A stretch of DNA of 60,448 bases from a virus (taxonomy: Duplodnaviria > Caudoviricetes), in IMG/VR virus record IMGVR_UViG_3300021479_000021, positions 1-60,448 of that record; one strand, 5' to 3'. The notes under the pieces are model-generated. The model had not been told where the DNA came from, ran no database searches, and saw only the letters and a list, made by a program, of their open reading frames with translations. The number at the start of each line of letters is the position of its first letter. Position 1 is the first letter of the stretch. The position numbers and the translations under genes were made by a program. Shown here one piece after another: positions 18,395 through 27,699 of this stretch.

Positions 18395-19762
18395 TTATCC
18401 AAAACCTAATTCAACATATTCGTGAAAATCTTCTTCAGTTAGAGATTCATCATCATTATCTAAACATGTTATGGAGAATTGTGGTTCTTCAGATAATTTT
18501 GAAATGAATGTATCAACAAAATGTGCAGCAATTTCTAAATCCTGTGCTAAGAAGTCCAAATCATATGTTATATCTAAAATATATTCTTGATCTACTGTGC
18601 CACTTTCATATCTAGTTTCAAAATCAGAAACATTCAATTCCAAATTTACAACTAAATCAGACTTTTCAACTTTCTTTAAAACACTAGGAAACTCATAAAA
18701 AGCTTCAATCAATCTTGGATATAATTCTCTTTTTTTATAATCATCTTCTAAAGCCTCTTCAACATCTTCTTTACTAAATCCAGACTCCTCAAATTCTTCC
18801 ATTGTCAAAAATGTATATTTGACACCAGATAAACGATAAGTTTTCATATTACTTAAATCAGCAGTTGATATAAAATATTTTCTCCATTTTTCTACATAAC
18901 TAACATCTACTTCTGAATCATTTCTAGCATGACAGGCTGAGATGTAACCGTTAGGAATCATCGTCACACCAATCATAGAAAGAATATCTTCTCTTTGTTT
19001 ACTTGTATCCCAAATAAAGAACTGTTTATTTACTTGTTTAACGTATTGTGTAAACAGTTCATCATCTTGTGCTATACACCAAGAAGTATCTTTACCGAGT
19101 TCTTTAGAAGCCTCAAAATTACTAATTAAAGCAATAACAATTGTATCATCTGAATGAATTAATTCGGCTCCTGGAGTATCTTTTACTTTACTAATGATAG
19201 TTTCTACATTAAACTCACCATCAACTCCTTCAATGAATCCCTTGATATGATTATATAATTCACCCACAGTCTTGTTACGAGAAATTTTACTAAAAAGAAC
19301 ATCTTTCAAATAATTTTCTGACAAATCTTTATTATCGGTAACCATTTTATGTAATAATAGAAACAAATTATAAAACTTATCTTCCTGTCCAGTCATAAGA
19401 TTACGAACTTGTTTAGGTACCATATTGATTAATTTCTTAACAGCACTATCGGATTCAATTTTTTCAAAGAAATCAAGTAGTTGCTCATACGTATCAAATT
19501 TAGTAATATCTATTCCAGACGATTGAATATTAAGCCTGTATTTAACAAGTAGATTAAATACCTTATCAAACCACATTTGAATAGACTTATCCTTAGAAGC
19601 TATTTTTATAAACATTGGTAGATATTTTGAATACATTCCACTTAATTTAGCAGCAATAAAACTTAATGAATAAATGTCTTTCGGATCAATATTTAAACCT
19701 CTAGCTATATCTTCGGCCTGTTTCATAGATTCAAACAAGGCGTATGTTTTAAAATATTTCAT
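18395..19762 (-). CDS. large paralog-family protein A (SWCI domain)
   Basis: shares N-terminal ~300 aa with 44230..47874 and 49675..51543. Confidence 0.75.
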   Translation of the reverse strand: MKYFKTYALFESMKQAEDIARGLNIDPKDIYSLSFIAAKLSGMYSKYLPMFIKIASKDKSIQMWFDKVFNLLVKYRLNIQSSGIDITKFDTYEQLLDFFEKIESDSAVKKLINMVPKQVRNLMTGQEDKFYNLFLLLHKMVTDNKDLSENYLKDVLFSKISRNKTVGELYNHIKGFIEGVDGEFNVETIISKVKDTPGAELIHSDDTIVIALISNFEASKELGKDTSWCIAQDDELFTQYVKQVNKQFFIWDTSKQREDILSMIGVTMIPNGYISACHARNDSEVDVSYVEKWRKYFISTADLSNMKTYRLSGVKYTFLTMEEFEESGFSKEDVEEALEDDYKKRELYPRLIEAFYEFPSVLKKVEKSDLVVNLELNVSDFETRYESGTVDQEYILDITYDLDFLAQDLEIAAHFVDTFISKLSEEPQFSITCLDNDDESLTEEDFHEYVELGFG

Positions 19763-19802
19763 TAATCAATATTGTTAATTTCTAGCCTTATATATTGACT
19801 AA

Positions 19803-20246
19803 CTACAATAACATTCTATTAATCTCTATATCATTATATTCAGTATGTTGTTCGATCCATTTATCAATTGTAGATACACCAGGACCATACCGGCCAATTT
19901 GTAAAGGAATATAATCAATCCGGTAGTCTTCAAAAAACAAAGCTTCATTGTTTAATAATACAAATAAATCATTTTCACCTATATTACCAGTATATTCAAT
20001 TAAAATATCAATATCAGAATTAGATCTGTAGTTACCAATAACTCTACTACCAACAAGAGCTACCTCAAGCACTTTTATACCAGAAGATAACTCCATATCC
20101 AAGACATGTTCTAAATGTACAATTATCTCATCAAAAATTATATCACAATTTTCCAGTGTATCTAAATCCGGATCCGAAATAATTTTATTAGGTTGCGACT
20201 CCTTACGATCAAAATCTTCATCAAATGAATCATTAAAAATCTCCAT
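19803..20246 (-). CDS. minimal nucleotidyltransferase (Pol-beta superfamily)
   Basis: LVGSRVIG...SDIDILIEY...IDYIP. Confidence 0.85.
   Translation of the reverse strand: MEIFNDSFDEDFDRKESQPNKIISDPDLDTLENCDIIFDEIIVHLEHVLDMELSSGIKVLEVALVGSRVIGNYRSNSDIDILIEYTGNIGENDLFVLLNNEALFFEDYRIDYIPLQIGRYGPGVSTIDKWIEQHTEYNDIEINRMLL
19860..19889 (+). other. protospacer identical to array spacer 2 (16254-16283)
   Basis: TTTATCAATTGTAGATACACCAGGACCATA, 30/30. Confidence 0.95.
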
Positions 20247-20327
20247 AATTTTTATATGATAAAAGTACTTAAAGTTTAAAAATTATTGTTTACTTTTGTA
20301 TAAGTTAATAACATACAAAATTTAAGC

Positions 20328-20795
20328 ATGGCAACATTAAGACAAAGAATGTATATACTAGTACCCTATAATTTAAGTAGTATTCAGAAATCAATTCAAG
20401 CCCTTCATGCTGTAGTTAGGTATCAACTTAAATATGGTCGTTCAAAAGAATATAAACAGTGGGCCACAAAAGACGAAACGGTAATAATTCTTGATGGTGG
20501 GACAAGTAATAAAAAAACTGGTTCTTTAGATAATCTACTAAAAGATCTTAAAAATAGAGATTATAATGTAGAAGCTTTCTACGAACCTGATGCAAATGAT
20601 ATGCTTACCGGTGTAGCAATATTAGCTGATGAAAGAATATGGGATCAAGATAATTATCCAAATTTTGTAAACGAAAATAAAGAAGTATATAATTATAAAA
20701 CAACCAAAGAATATCTTTCATGGGTTAAAGATATAGGTGGTGAAAAAATTGTATATCTACGTGATGTATTAAATTATAAAAAATTAGCCAACTAA
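20328..20795 (+). CDS. peptidyl-tRNA hydrolase Pth2-like protein
   Basis: MYILV...IQALHAV...VIIL...FYEPD...LTGVA. Confidence 0.7.
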   Translation: MATLRQRMYILVPYNLSSIQKSIQALHAVVRYQLKYGRSKEYKQWATKDETVIILDGGTSNKKTGSLDNLLKDLKNRDYNVEAFYEPDANDMLTGVAILADERIWDQDNYPNFVNENKEVYNYKTTKEYLSWVKDIGGEKIVYLRDVLNYKKLAN

Positions 20796-20798
20796 ACT

Positions 20799-21035
20799 AT
20801 GTGTCAGATAAAACTAAAATATCATACGTATGAACCAGAAAATGGTGATGAACATAATGATTCTAAACTAATAAAATCTCTTCTAGCTGATATTGATATC
20901 GAAGTTGATATTAAAACAGCAGCATCATTATGGAAGAAAAATTCTGATAATAATGATAGTGGATGGTTATTTCTACCCAGCGATGACGAGAGTATTAGAA
21001 ATGTTATGAAATCTGTTATAAGGGATTTAATATAA
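20799..21035 (+). CDS. hypothetical protein
   Basis: ORF track. Confidence 0.6.
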   Translation: MCQIKLKYHTYEPENGDEHNDSKLIKSLLADIDIEVDIKTAASLWKKNSDNNDSGWLFLPSDDESIRNVMKSVIRDLI

Positions 21036-21036
21036 A

Positions 21037-21063
21037 AAAAAGACCGGTATAATCCGGTCTTTT
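21037..21063. terminator. bidirectional terminator
   Basis: AAAAGACCGG-tataat-CCGGTCTTTT. Confidence 0.75.
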
Positions 21064-21105
21064 CGATTACTACTATGGGAGCCTAGTATCAATCATGAAT
21101 GAATA

Positions 21106-21705
21106 TTATAGGTTACCAACTTCTCCTTGTGGTACTTCGCTGGTAGGTATTTCACCAACATTATCTAATACTATTTCAGGGATAGGAACATTTGTTACAA
21201 GAAAAGTCTCTCGAATATTTTCCTTATCATAAACGGCAGGACTCTGGAATATGATTATAATTGTTTGCTTCAAATAATCAAACGCTTCCTGAGCTGAACT
21301 TCTACTATAACCTTTTATTTTCAATTCTGGTAATTCAGCTAAGAAGAAATCATAGTCTTTGTACATTTTTATAGGAAACACATATGTCTTATCACCATCT
21401 TTCCCATCAAATTTACCATCACCAATAAATTCACGATTTGGTGCGTAGTATGGTTTTTTATCCCCTACTATAAAATAATCAACCTCATTCAATCGACCCT
21501 GTGACTCAAGGAAATTCATAAGGCCATACACAGGACCATCTATTCTTTCAAGAGCATCATCAAAGGATACATTACTCTTAGAGATCAATTGTAATTCTTT
21601 GATTGTAACAGAAAAAATTTCAGGACTCTCCTGAGGCAGATCTTCTACAGGAAACTTGTATGTGTTACCACGAAAATCCCATGCTAAATATTTATTCTCA
21701 CTCAT
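21106..21705 (-). CDS. hypothetical protein, possibly two HicB-like repeats
   Basis: TYKFPV.../TYVFPI...AELPELKIKGYSRSSAQEAF. Confidence 0.5.
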   Translation of the reverse strand: MSENKYLAWDFRGNTYKFPVEDLPQESPEIFSVTIKELQLISKSNVSFDDALERIDGPVYGLMNFLESQGRLNEVDYFIVGDKKPYYAPNREFIGDGKFDGKDGDKTYVFPIKMYKDYDFFLAELPELKIKGYSRSSAQEAFDYLKQTIIIIFQSPAVYDKENIRETFLVTNVPIPEIVLDNVGEIPTSEVPQGEVGNL

Positions 21706-21793
21706 ATTAAAACTATTTTTTATTTGTGATAGTCTGTTTTTATCAAAAAGTTTTTATAAACTAAACTTTTTTTGAAAAATGTATATAATTATC

Positions 21794-22318
21794 ATGGTAA
21801 CTAAACAATTAAGTAAAAGAGTTCTTCGACTTTTAATAGAGTTCTGTAAGCAAGTACATGAAAAAAGAAAAGATAGAGATAATAATAACAATGATTCCGG
21901 ACCACATAGATTAGATAGAGAACTTGTAGGTAAGATTGGTGAACTTTGTTATGCCTATAAACTAGACCTTATGCATTTATGTGATATGACAATTTATGAG
22001 AGAGGTCAAGTAAAATTAGGAGGAGACTTAGGCAAACATATACATGTTAAAACTTGTCACATAAAATATAAGGGTACAGATTTTGATTCCTGGTTAGTTG
22101 ATATAAATGATGCTATCTATCTTAAACCTTCAGAGGAAGATTTAATTTATCTTGCTTATGCGAATGAAGAAGGTTATTGTGAAATGATTGGTCATGTCAA
22201 AGCCACAGATGTATATAATCGCTGGGAAAAAAGTAAAAAATTAGCTCATAAAAGAGCTATTTACTTAGATGATATTAAAGATCTCATACATGAATTTAAT
22301 TTAAAAACAAATGCTTAA
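21794..22318 (+). CDS. PD-(D/E)xK-like nuclease-fold phage protein
   Basis: GKIGE...GGD...IHVKT. Confidence 0.5.
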   Translation: MVTKQLSKRVLRLLIEFCKQVHEKRKDRDNNNNDSGPHRLDRELVGKIGELCYAYKLDLMHLCDMTIYERGQVKLGGDLGKHIHVKTCHIKYKGTDFDSWLVDINDAIYLKPSEEDLIYLAYANEEGYCEMIGHVKATDVYNRWEKSKKLAHKRAIYLDDIKDLIHEFNLKTNA

Positions 22319-22334
22319 AGAAGACTTAAATAAA

Positions 22335-22853
22335 CTAAACAAATAAATCTTTTGTAATTTTTACCAGACCACTTTCAATACCATCCTTGAATTGGCAGCG
22401 TCTAGTCATTTGATATACGCTATGATATTCTATAACATCATATAAACGGCTATTCATTTCTTCTTTGAATTTTTTATTTGAAGAATCGCTTTCATCACCA
22501 AGATCCTTTGGACTAAAATCACATTCGTACTTATCAATGTAATCCTTTAAAATCTCAGGAAGTATTGGGTTGTAAATGTACAAACTTATTGGTTTGTTTA
22601 CCTTCTTAAATTTATACAAAAGATTTATCAAAAGTTCCATTTGTTGGTAATCAACAAAGGTATGTTCACAGATTATATTAGAACCTTCTTTTAGATCCAT
22701 GAATTTTTTTATTGTTACTGATTCATTTTCCGGCCAAAAAGCTTCATTGAACCAGTACCAAATCTCACGTTCCTCTTTGAAATTATGTTCGAGTATTTTA
22801 GTAAGGGTCTCAGGAAAATCTTGAGGCCCATCATTATCAATGACTAAATTCAT
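22335..22853 (-). CDS. hypothetical protein
   Basis: ORF track. Confidence 0.65.
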   Translation of the reverse strand: MNLVIDNDGPQDFPETLTKILEHNFKEEREIWYWFNEAFWPENESVTIKKFMDLKEGSNIICEHTFVDYQQMELLINLLYKFKKVNKPISLYIYNPILPEILKDYIDKYECDFSPKDLGDESDSSNKKFKEEMNSRLYDVIEYHSVYQMTRRCQFKDGIESGLVKITKDLFV

Positions 22854-22861
22854 TATAGTGA

Positions 22862-23188
22862 TTATGATTTAATTACTTTTATATTATTCTGTAAATGTTT
22901 CTCAAATCCCTGTAGTAAGGTTCTATGAAACTTCTCTTCATCTATTAATGATACTAAATTTGTATCTTCCATTTTAGTAAGTTGAGGATAAACTTTAATC
23001 TTATCTACGAAGAAATTAGTTTTACCAAAACAATTTTTATCAAATGTGAGTGTATAATTATCTTTTAACCGTATAATAGAAATGGGCTCTTTAAATAACT
23101 TCTCATTTATATTAACTACTATAAACACCCAATACCATTTTCTACGGTACCTCTTCTTATAGAATTTATATTCAAATAACTTCTCCAT
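22862..23188 (-). CDS. hypothetical protein
   Basis: ORF track. Confidence 0.55.
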   Translation of the reverse strand: MEKLFEYKFYKKRYRRKWYWVFIVVNINEKLFKEPISIIRLKDNYTLTFDKNCFGKTNFFVDKIKVYPQLTKMEDTNLVSLIDEEKFHRTLLQGFEKHLQNNIKVIKS

Positions 23189-23209
23189 AAGTCTTTTATT
23201 CGTAGTAGT

Positions 23210-23443
23210 TTATATTAACGATTTAATTTGTTTCTCTGAAAAACCCTCCATACATAAACTATAAATATTGTTATATAAAGATCTACTTCCTAATGAACCG
23301 GTAGTCAACTTAACGAAAATCTTCATCGTTTTTTGTTCTACTCTCTTTTCAATTAAAGAAATAAAAGCGTTAGCTGTAGAATAGAAAGATAGATCTTTCT
23401 CGGATTCTTTGATGAAGTCTATTTGTTGTTTTGGTGTTTTCAT
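23210..23443 (-). CDS. hypothetical protein
   Basis: ORF track. Confidence 0.55.
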   Translation of the reverse strand: MKTPKQQIDFIKESEKDLSFYSTANAFISLIEKRVEQKTMKIFVKLTTGSLGSRSLYNNIYSLCMEGFSEKQIKSLI

Positions 23444-23447
23444 ATCT

Positions 23448-24962
23448 CTATAGTATAACTAATTTCTTAACGGCTCTTCTACCGTTTTGTTTGATAACTT
23501 GAACAAAGTATATCCCGGTAGATAAATCAAAATGTTGATCCTCAGATGTATTCTGTGAAGAAATTGCTGTACCCTTTTCGTTAAAGACACTTATAGATTG
23601 TACATTCGTTGTTGATACATTGAATGAACCACTTGACGGATTTGGATATATTACAAAGTCTTCTTGCGTTGATAATCCATCATTGATCCCAGTAGTAACA
23701 GATTCAGCTGTTTGTGTAATTGTATACTGAGCCGTAACACTACCAGATGTAAGCGTAATTGTCGCCGTTCTATCATATGCTGTATTGTTTAGACTTCCAG
23801 GAACAATAGATAACAATTGATTACCATTAAGGGTAAAACTAGACAGTGATGAGAAATCTAACCAAGAAATATTTATACCAGTAATTGTCCAATTATCATT
23901 TGAAGTAACTTGAACACTTTGTGTGTTAGCCACAATTGATGTCTGATTATATGTAAATGCAACACTATTTGTTGAGACAACCAATGTAGCTACTATAGGC
24001 TGAGCCTTCTGTGTAATGTTAATAGTGATATTTGTTAATCCTGGCGAAGATAGAGTTATAGTTGTAGTTCTATCAGTATTTGTAGTGTTGTCATTTAGTG
24101 TACGAATCCAAAGGATAGTATCGTTAGAGAAAGCTGTACCGGCTAAGATAGTACCAGAACCGTTTTCTATATTTAACCAAGAAGCATCTGTTATAGCCAT
24201 GGACCAATTTGTATTAGAGCTTACCTGAATTTTATTAATATAGGTTGAGCCGTTTATTGTATCACGAGCATTTGAAGCAAAAGTAAGAGCTGTTACAGTT
24301 GTAGTTAAATAAGGTGTTACAGCAACATCTTGCTGGGTAACAGTAAGTGTTATCGTGGTTACACCTGCACTTATTGATATGGTACCAGTTCTTGGTGCTC
24401 CTGTTGTATTATTATCTACATAGAAAGTTATAGAAGTTGTACCAGATAGACCAGAGAGAGTATATGTACCACCAGCTATACCGAATCTCAACCACCCACC
24501 TGTAGAGGTAGCTGTAGCATTCCAATCAGCATCTGAAGTAACAGCTTCTGTATATGTATTCTGTATTGATGATATACTTTTAGTATATTCAACCAAACTC
24601 ATAGTTGCCGGAGAAGCAGTTTGAGTAACAGTTATATCCGTTGAGCTTGCCCCACCGTTAAAGGAAACTGTTATAACACCACTTCTGGAACTTGTTAGAG
24701 AGGGATTAACGGTAACAGCTGACACCGTTACACTTCCTGAACCTGTCCCAGATGGTACACCTGATAATGTTACCCAAGACGGCTTTACGGTAATCGTCCA
24801 TGGCATACCAACAGGTACTGTTATACTGATAATCTGACCCGCCACTCCAGGCGATGCATATGATAAACTACTAGGCAAAACGCCTATCGATACTGCGAAA
24901 CTCGATAATGCTGTCATAAGCATCAGAGACATAACTAATAATATTCTTTTCATGTTTTTCAT
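23448..24962 (-). CDS. secreted protein with four BACON-like domains and a T9SS (Por) C-terminal sorting domain
   Basis: signal peptide; repeated W...WL...N....R.G.IT...TVTQ; IYPNPSSG...GIYFV...KKLVIL. Confidence 0.85.
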   Translation of the reverse strand: MKNMKRILLVMSLMLMTALSSFAVSIGVLPSSLSYASPGVAGQIISITVPVGMPWTITVKPSWVTLSGVPSGTGSGSVTVSAVTVNPSLTSSRSGVITVSFNGGASSTDITVTQTASPATMSLVEYTKSISSIQNTYTEAVTSDADWNATATSTGGWLRFGIAGGTYTLSGLSGTTSITFYVDNNTTGAPRTGTISISAGVTTITLTVTQQDVAVTPYLTTTVTALTFASNARDTINGSTYINKIQVSSNTNWSMAITDASWLNIENGSGTILAGTAFSNDTILWIRTLNDNTTNTDRTTTITLSSPGLTNITINITQKAQPIVATLVVSTNSVAFTYNQTSIVANTQSVQVTSNDNWTITGINISWLDFSSLSSFTLNGNQLLSIVPGSLNNTAYDRTATITLTSGSVTAQYTITQTAESVTTGINDGLSTQEDFVIYPNPSSGSFNVSTTNVQSISVFNEKGTAISSQNTSEDQHFDLSTGIYFVQVIKQNGRRAVKKLVIL

Positions 24963-25083
24963 AGACTTTTTTGTTTGTTTATATTGTATTTAACGTTAAA
25001 ACTAATAAAAGGTTTTCGGATATAATAACTTTTTTGATATTTTTTCACAAAAATTATATATAATAGTAAATTTCATAGCTTCT

Positions 25084-25443
25084 ATGACTACCGAAAGTGA
25101 AGACAAATATAAGAAAAATCCTGAAACAAACAAAATAATAAAAAATAGAAACTCCTTATATTCAGATAAAATACGTATTTATAATGCCTTAAAACAATTT
25201 GTAATATCACCATTATTCTATTTTTGGTCAGAATTCGATAATTTTAAGGTGAAAGATAGTAAAGGTGAAATATGTGGTTACTATAATGTATACACAGATA
25301 ACAAAAAGACAAAATACTTAGTTATATCAAATGATAAAGTACTGGCTTATATAAGCCTGGAGATTCTCGATTTTGATAAAGCTATTAATATCTCTGAAAT
25401 AGATCCAGAGAAATATAACGAATGGAAAAATGTAATTGAATAA
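25084..25443 (+). CDS. hypothetical protein
   Basis: ORF track. Confidence 0.6.
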   Translation: MTTESEDKYKKNPETNKIIKNRNSLYSDKIRIYNALKQFVISPLFYFWSEFDNFKVKDSKGEICGYYNVYTDNKKTKYLVISNDKVLAYISLEILDFDKAINISEIDPEKYNEWKNVIE

Positions 25444-25446
25444 ATA

Positions 25447-25920
25447 TCACTTTTTATAATTTGATAACAGTGCTATTAAAGTAATTAATGAAGTTCCACC
25501 CAAGAACCAAGCAAGAGTATCATCAGTATAAGGTTCTATAGTTTTAAATTCTTGTATATAGTTCTTTATCTCATTAACCGACGTTTCATGATTTTTTCTA
25601 TCAAACCGTATAACATTTTTTAGTTTTCCTTTTATTGTTACTGTTTTCTCTATCAATAATAAACTTGGAATTTTCACACTTCTTGCATATTTATAGTCTT
25701 TTATAACTTCTTCACGATTACTACCTTGTTTAGATATAAGACCAATAAAAAGATGTGAACTATTAATTTCATTAGTATAATAATAATTATCTAATATAGA
25801 CTTTTTAGAGCTTTTAAAAGTACAACTCAATATACATTCTATTTCAATCAATTGCATCGATAGAATCGAAATTATATATTTTTCAGTTTCACTTAATGAA
25901 CAAGAAACAAAAGTTCTCAT
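25447..25920 (-). CDS. TIR/DUF4062-like domain with C-terminal TM helix
   Basis: TFVSCS...EINSSHLFIGLIS...VIKDYKYA...IPSLLLIE; hydrophobic C-terminus. Confidence 0.5.
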   Translation of the reverse strand: MRTFVSCSLSETEKYIISILSMQLIEIECILSCTFKSSKKSILDNYYYTNEINSSHLFIGLISKQGSNREEVIKDYKYARSVKIPSLLLIEKTVTIKGKLKNVIRFDRKNHETSVNEIKNYIQEFKTIEPYTDDTLAWFLGGTSLITLIALLSNYKK

Positions 25921-25954
25921 ATCTTATATAGTAAATGCACTGATTACACAAAAA

Positions 25955-26242
25955 TTACATAATTGATGATAAAGAAGAACTACCAGGAGTGATTGCTGTA
26001 ATACATTCAGAAGTCAAACACTCAGGACAAACATTAGCATTAATATCCATGGGTCCCTGATAGTTACAATTTGTACAAACTATATCAACAGTATCATCTT
26101 CATTAGAATCACACCATAAACACATACCTGGATACGTTGAACTTTCTTCATTAGCATTCATGATCTTGTCTCCACAATGTTCACAATCTTTTGGAAATTC
26201 CATATCTTGTATAAAGCTTTCAAAATTCTTAACATAAGTCAT
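25955..26242 (-). CDS. Zn-ribbon protein with capsid-targeting-like N-terminus
   Basis: MTYVKNFESFI; four CxxC pairs. Confidence 0.65.
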   Translation of the reverse strand: MTYVKNFESFIQDMEFPKDCEHCGDKIMNANEESSTYPGMCLWCDSNEDDTVDIVCTNCNYQGPMDINANVCPECLTSECITAITPGSSSLSSIM

Positions 26243-26300
26243 AAATAACTAATTTATTTTTAGTATATATGAAATTAGAGCTTATTAAATTATAAGCTTG

Positions 26301-26384
26301 TTGAGGTGCTTCAAGAACTACCTTTTTTGCCGTTATACACTCCACGTAGGTTTTTCAGGCCTACAATTGAGGTGCTTCAAGAAC
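26301..26384 (-). CRISPR. mini CRISPR-like array: full repeat, 30-nt spacer, half repeat
   Basis: repeat 26349-26384 is 31/36 identical to the 16152 repeat; spacer 26319-26348; 18-nt partial repeat 26301-26318. Confidence 0.7.
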
Positions 26385-26617
26385 ATATCTATTATAAACG
26401 TTTGAATGTCTTTATAATTCATACGATATTCCTTTTCAAAAATTGACCATACATGTTCATAATCAACATATAAGTAGCTATTTTTTCTATTGTACATCAC
26501 AACATATCCTTCACTATCTTTAATAATAATAATATTATCACAGTATCTTTCTTTTTTTATAGAAATAGTAAACTCACTTATTTTATTAATAAAAAATTCC
26601 TCAGCAGATTCTTTCAT
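26333..26617 (-). CDS. small array-associated protein, copy 3
   Basis: IIIKDSEGYVVMYNRKNSYLYVDY..VWSIFEK...FLKHLNCRPEKP. Confidence 0.8.
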   Translation of the reverse strand: MKESAEEFFINKISEFTISIKKERYCDNIIIIKDSEGYVVMYNRKNSYLYVDYEHVWSIFEKEYRMNYKDIQTFIIDMFLKHLNCRPEKPTWSV

Positions 26618-26621
26618 GATA

Positions 26622-26894
26622 TTATCTTATAAGTCCTGAACTCATAGCATATTCTGGATCAATATCCTTATTATCAAACCAAACATTTAATTGCTGGATA
26701 GCATGGTCTTCTTCAAGGAAATAATATTTATTACCTTCTTTATCTCTAACGAATCTTTTTTCGTGATAATCATACTCATCAAAACTTTGCATTGTAACAA
26801 CAGTAATTAGTTTATCTTCTCTTCGGTAGAGTCTGAAATAAACTTCATTTGAATTTTCAATATTACCGAGTAATGTTGTTGGTAGTGTCTTCAT
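26622..26894 (-). CDS. hypothetical protein
   Basis: ORF track. Confidence 0.6.
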   Translation of the reverse strand: MKTLPTTLLGNIENSNEVYFRLYRREDKLITVVTMQSFDEYDYHEKRFVRDKEGNKYYFLEEDHAIQQLNVWFDNKDIDPEYAMSSGLIR

Positions 26895-26959
26895 ATTAAA
26901 TATTTTTTCTAAAATGCTAATATAAAAAGAAAGTCTGTAATTTACTACAGACTTTTTAA

Positions 26960-27652
26960 TTATTTGGACTCAGTATTTTCATCTGGTTTATTCTTACCAG
27001 ATTTCTTTGCTTCTTTTTCATCAGCAATAGATTTAGCCTTTTCTTCTAAAAATTTATTAAGATCCTTCATAGAACCGCTAAAACCACCAGTTTTACTACC
27101 ATCTTTATCAAGTTTTTTATTCTCACGACCAAATTTAGGCATATCCTCAAAACCTAAATCAAATCTTAGTTTTCTATAAAAACTTTCCATAAGAGACAAG
27201 CTGTTACTAGCAGACTTATTTATTTTTTCTAACTCACCCATACCCTTGTATATGATTTCAAAATGTCTTGGTGATTGATCACCTTGCTCCATAAGATTAA
27301 GTTGCTTTAAAAGAACCTGCTGAGCTACAGAAGATAAAAAATCTAGAGAACCCTGATTTTTCGCATCTCTTTCTATACGACTTTTTATATACGATTGTTG
27401 AAGAACATTCTCATCACCATCAAGCCATAGAGAAGCAAGATTGTCTATTATTTCTTTACTATTTACTAAACAAATTGCTAATTCATCCTTATATTTAGAA
27501 ATCTCAGGTGTATCCAAATTATTAAGATCAGGAAAATCTGTTGCTGTAACCAACATACCTTTAGGATTATCACCAAGATCCTGTTCTTTAGCAGTTTCCT
27601 GTATATCATTCATTCTATCTTTAAAATTCTTTTTGTCCTCTTTATCAGGCAT
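26960..27652 (-). CDS. hypothetical helical protein, possible terminase small subunit
   Basis: adjacent to terminase; SPRHFEII...GSMKDLNKFL resembles T4 gp16-type motifs. Confidence 0.45.
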   Translation of the reverse strand: MPDKEDKKNFKDRMNDIQETAKEQDLGDNPKGMLVTATDFPDLNNLDTPEISKYKDELAICLVNSKEIIDNLASLWLDGDENVLQQSYIKSRIERDAKNQGSLDFLSSVAQQVLLKQLNLMEQGDQSPRHFEIIYKGMGELEKINKSASNSLSLMESFYRKLRFDLGFEDMPKFGRENKKLDKDGSKTGGFSGSMKDLNKFLEEKAKSIADEKEAKKSGKNKPDENTESK

Positions 27653-27699
27653 ATTTTTATTTTTATTTTTATCTATATTTCTTTAGTGTGTCTGTCAAT

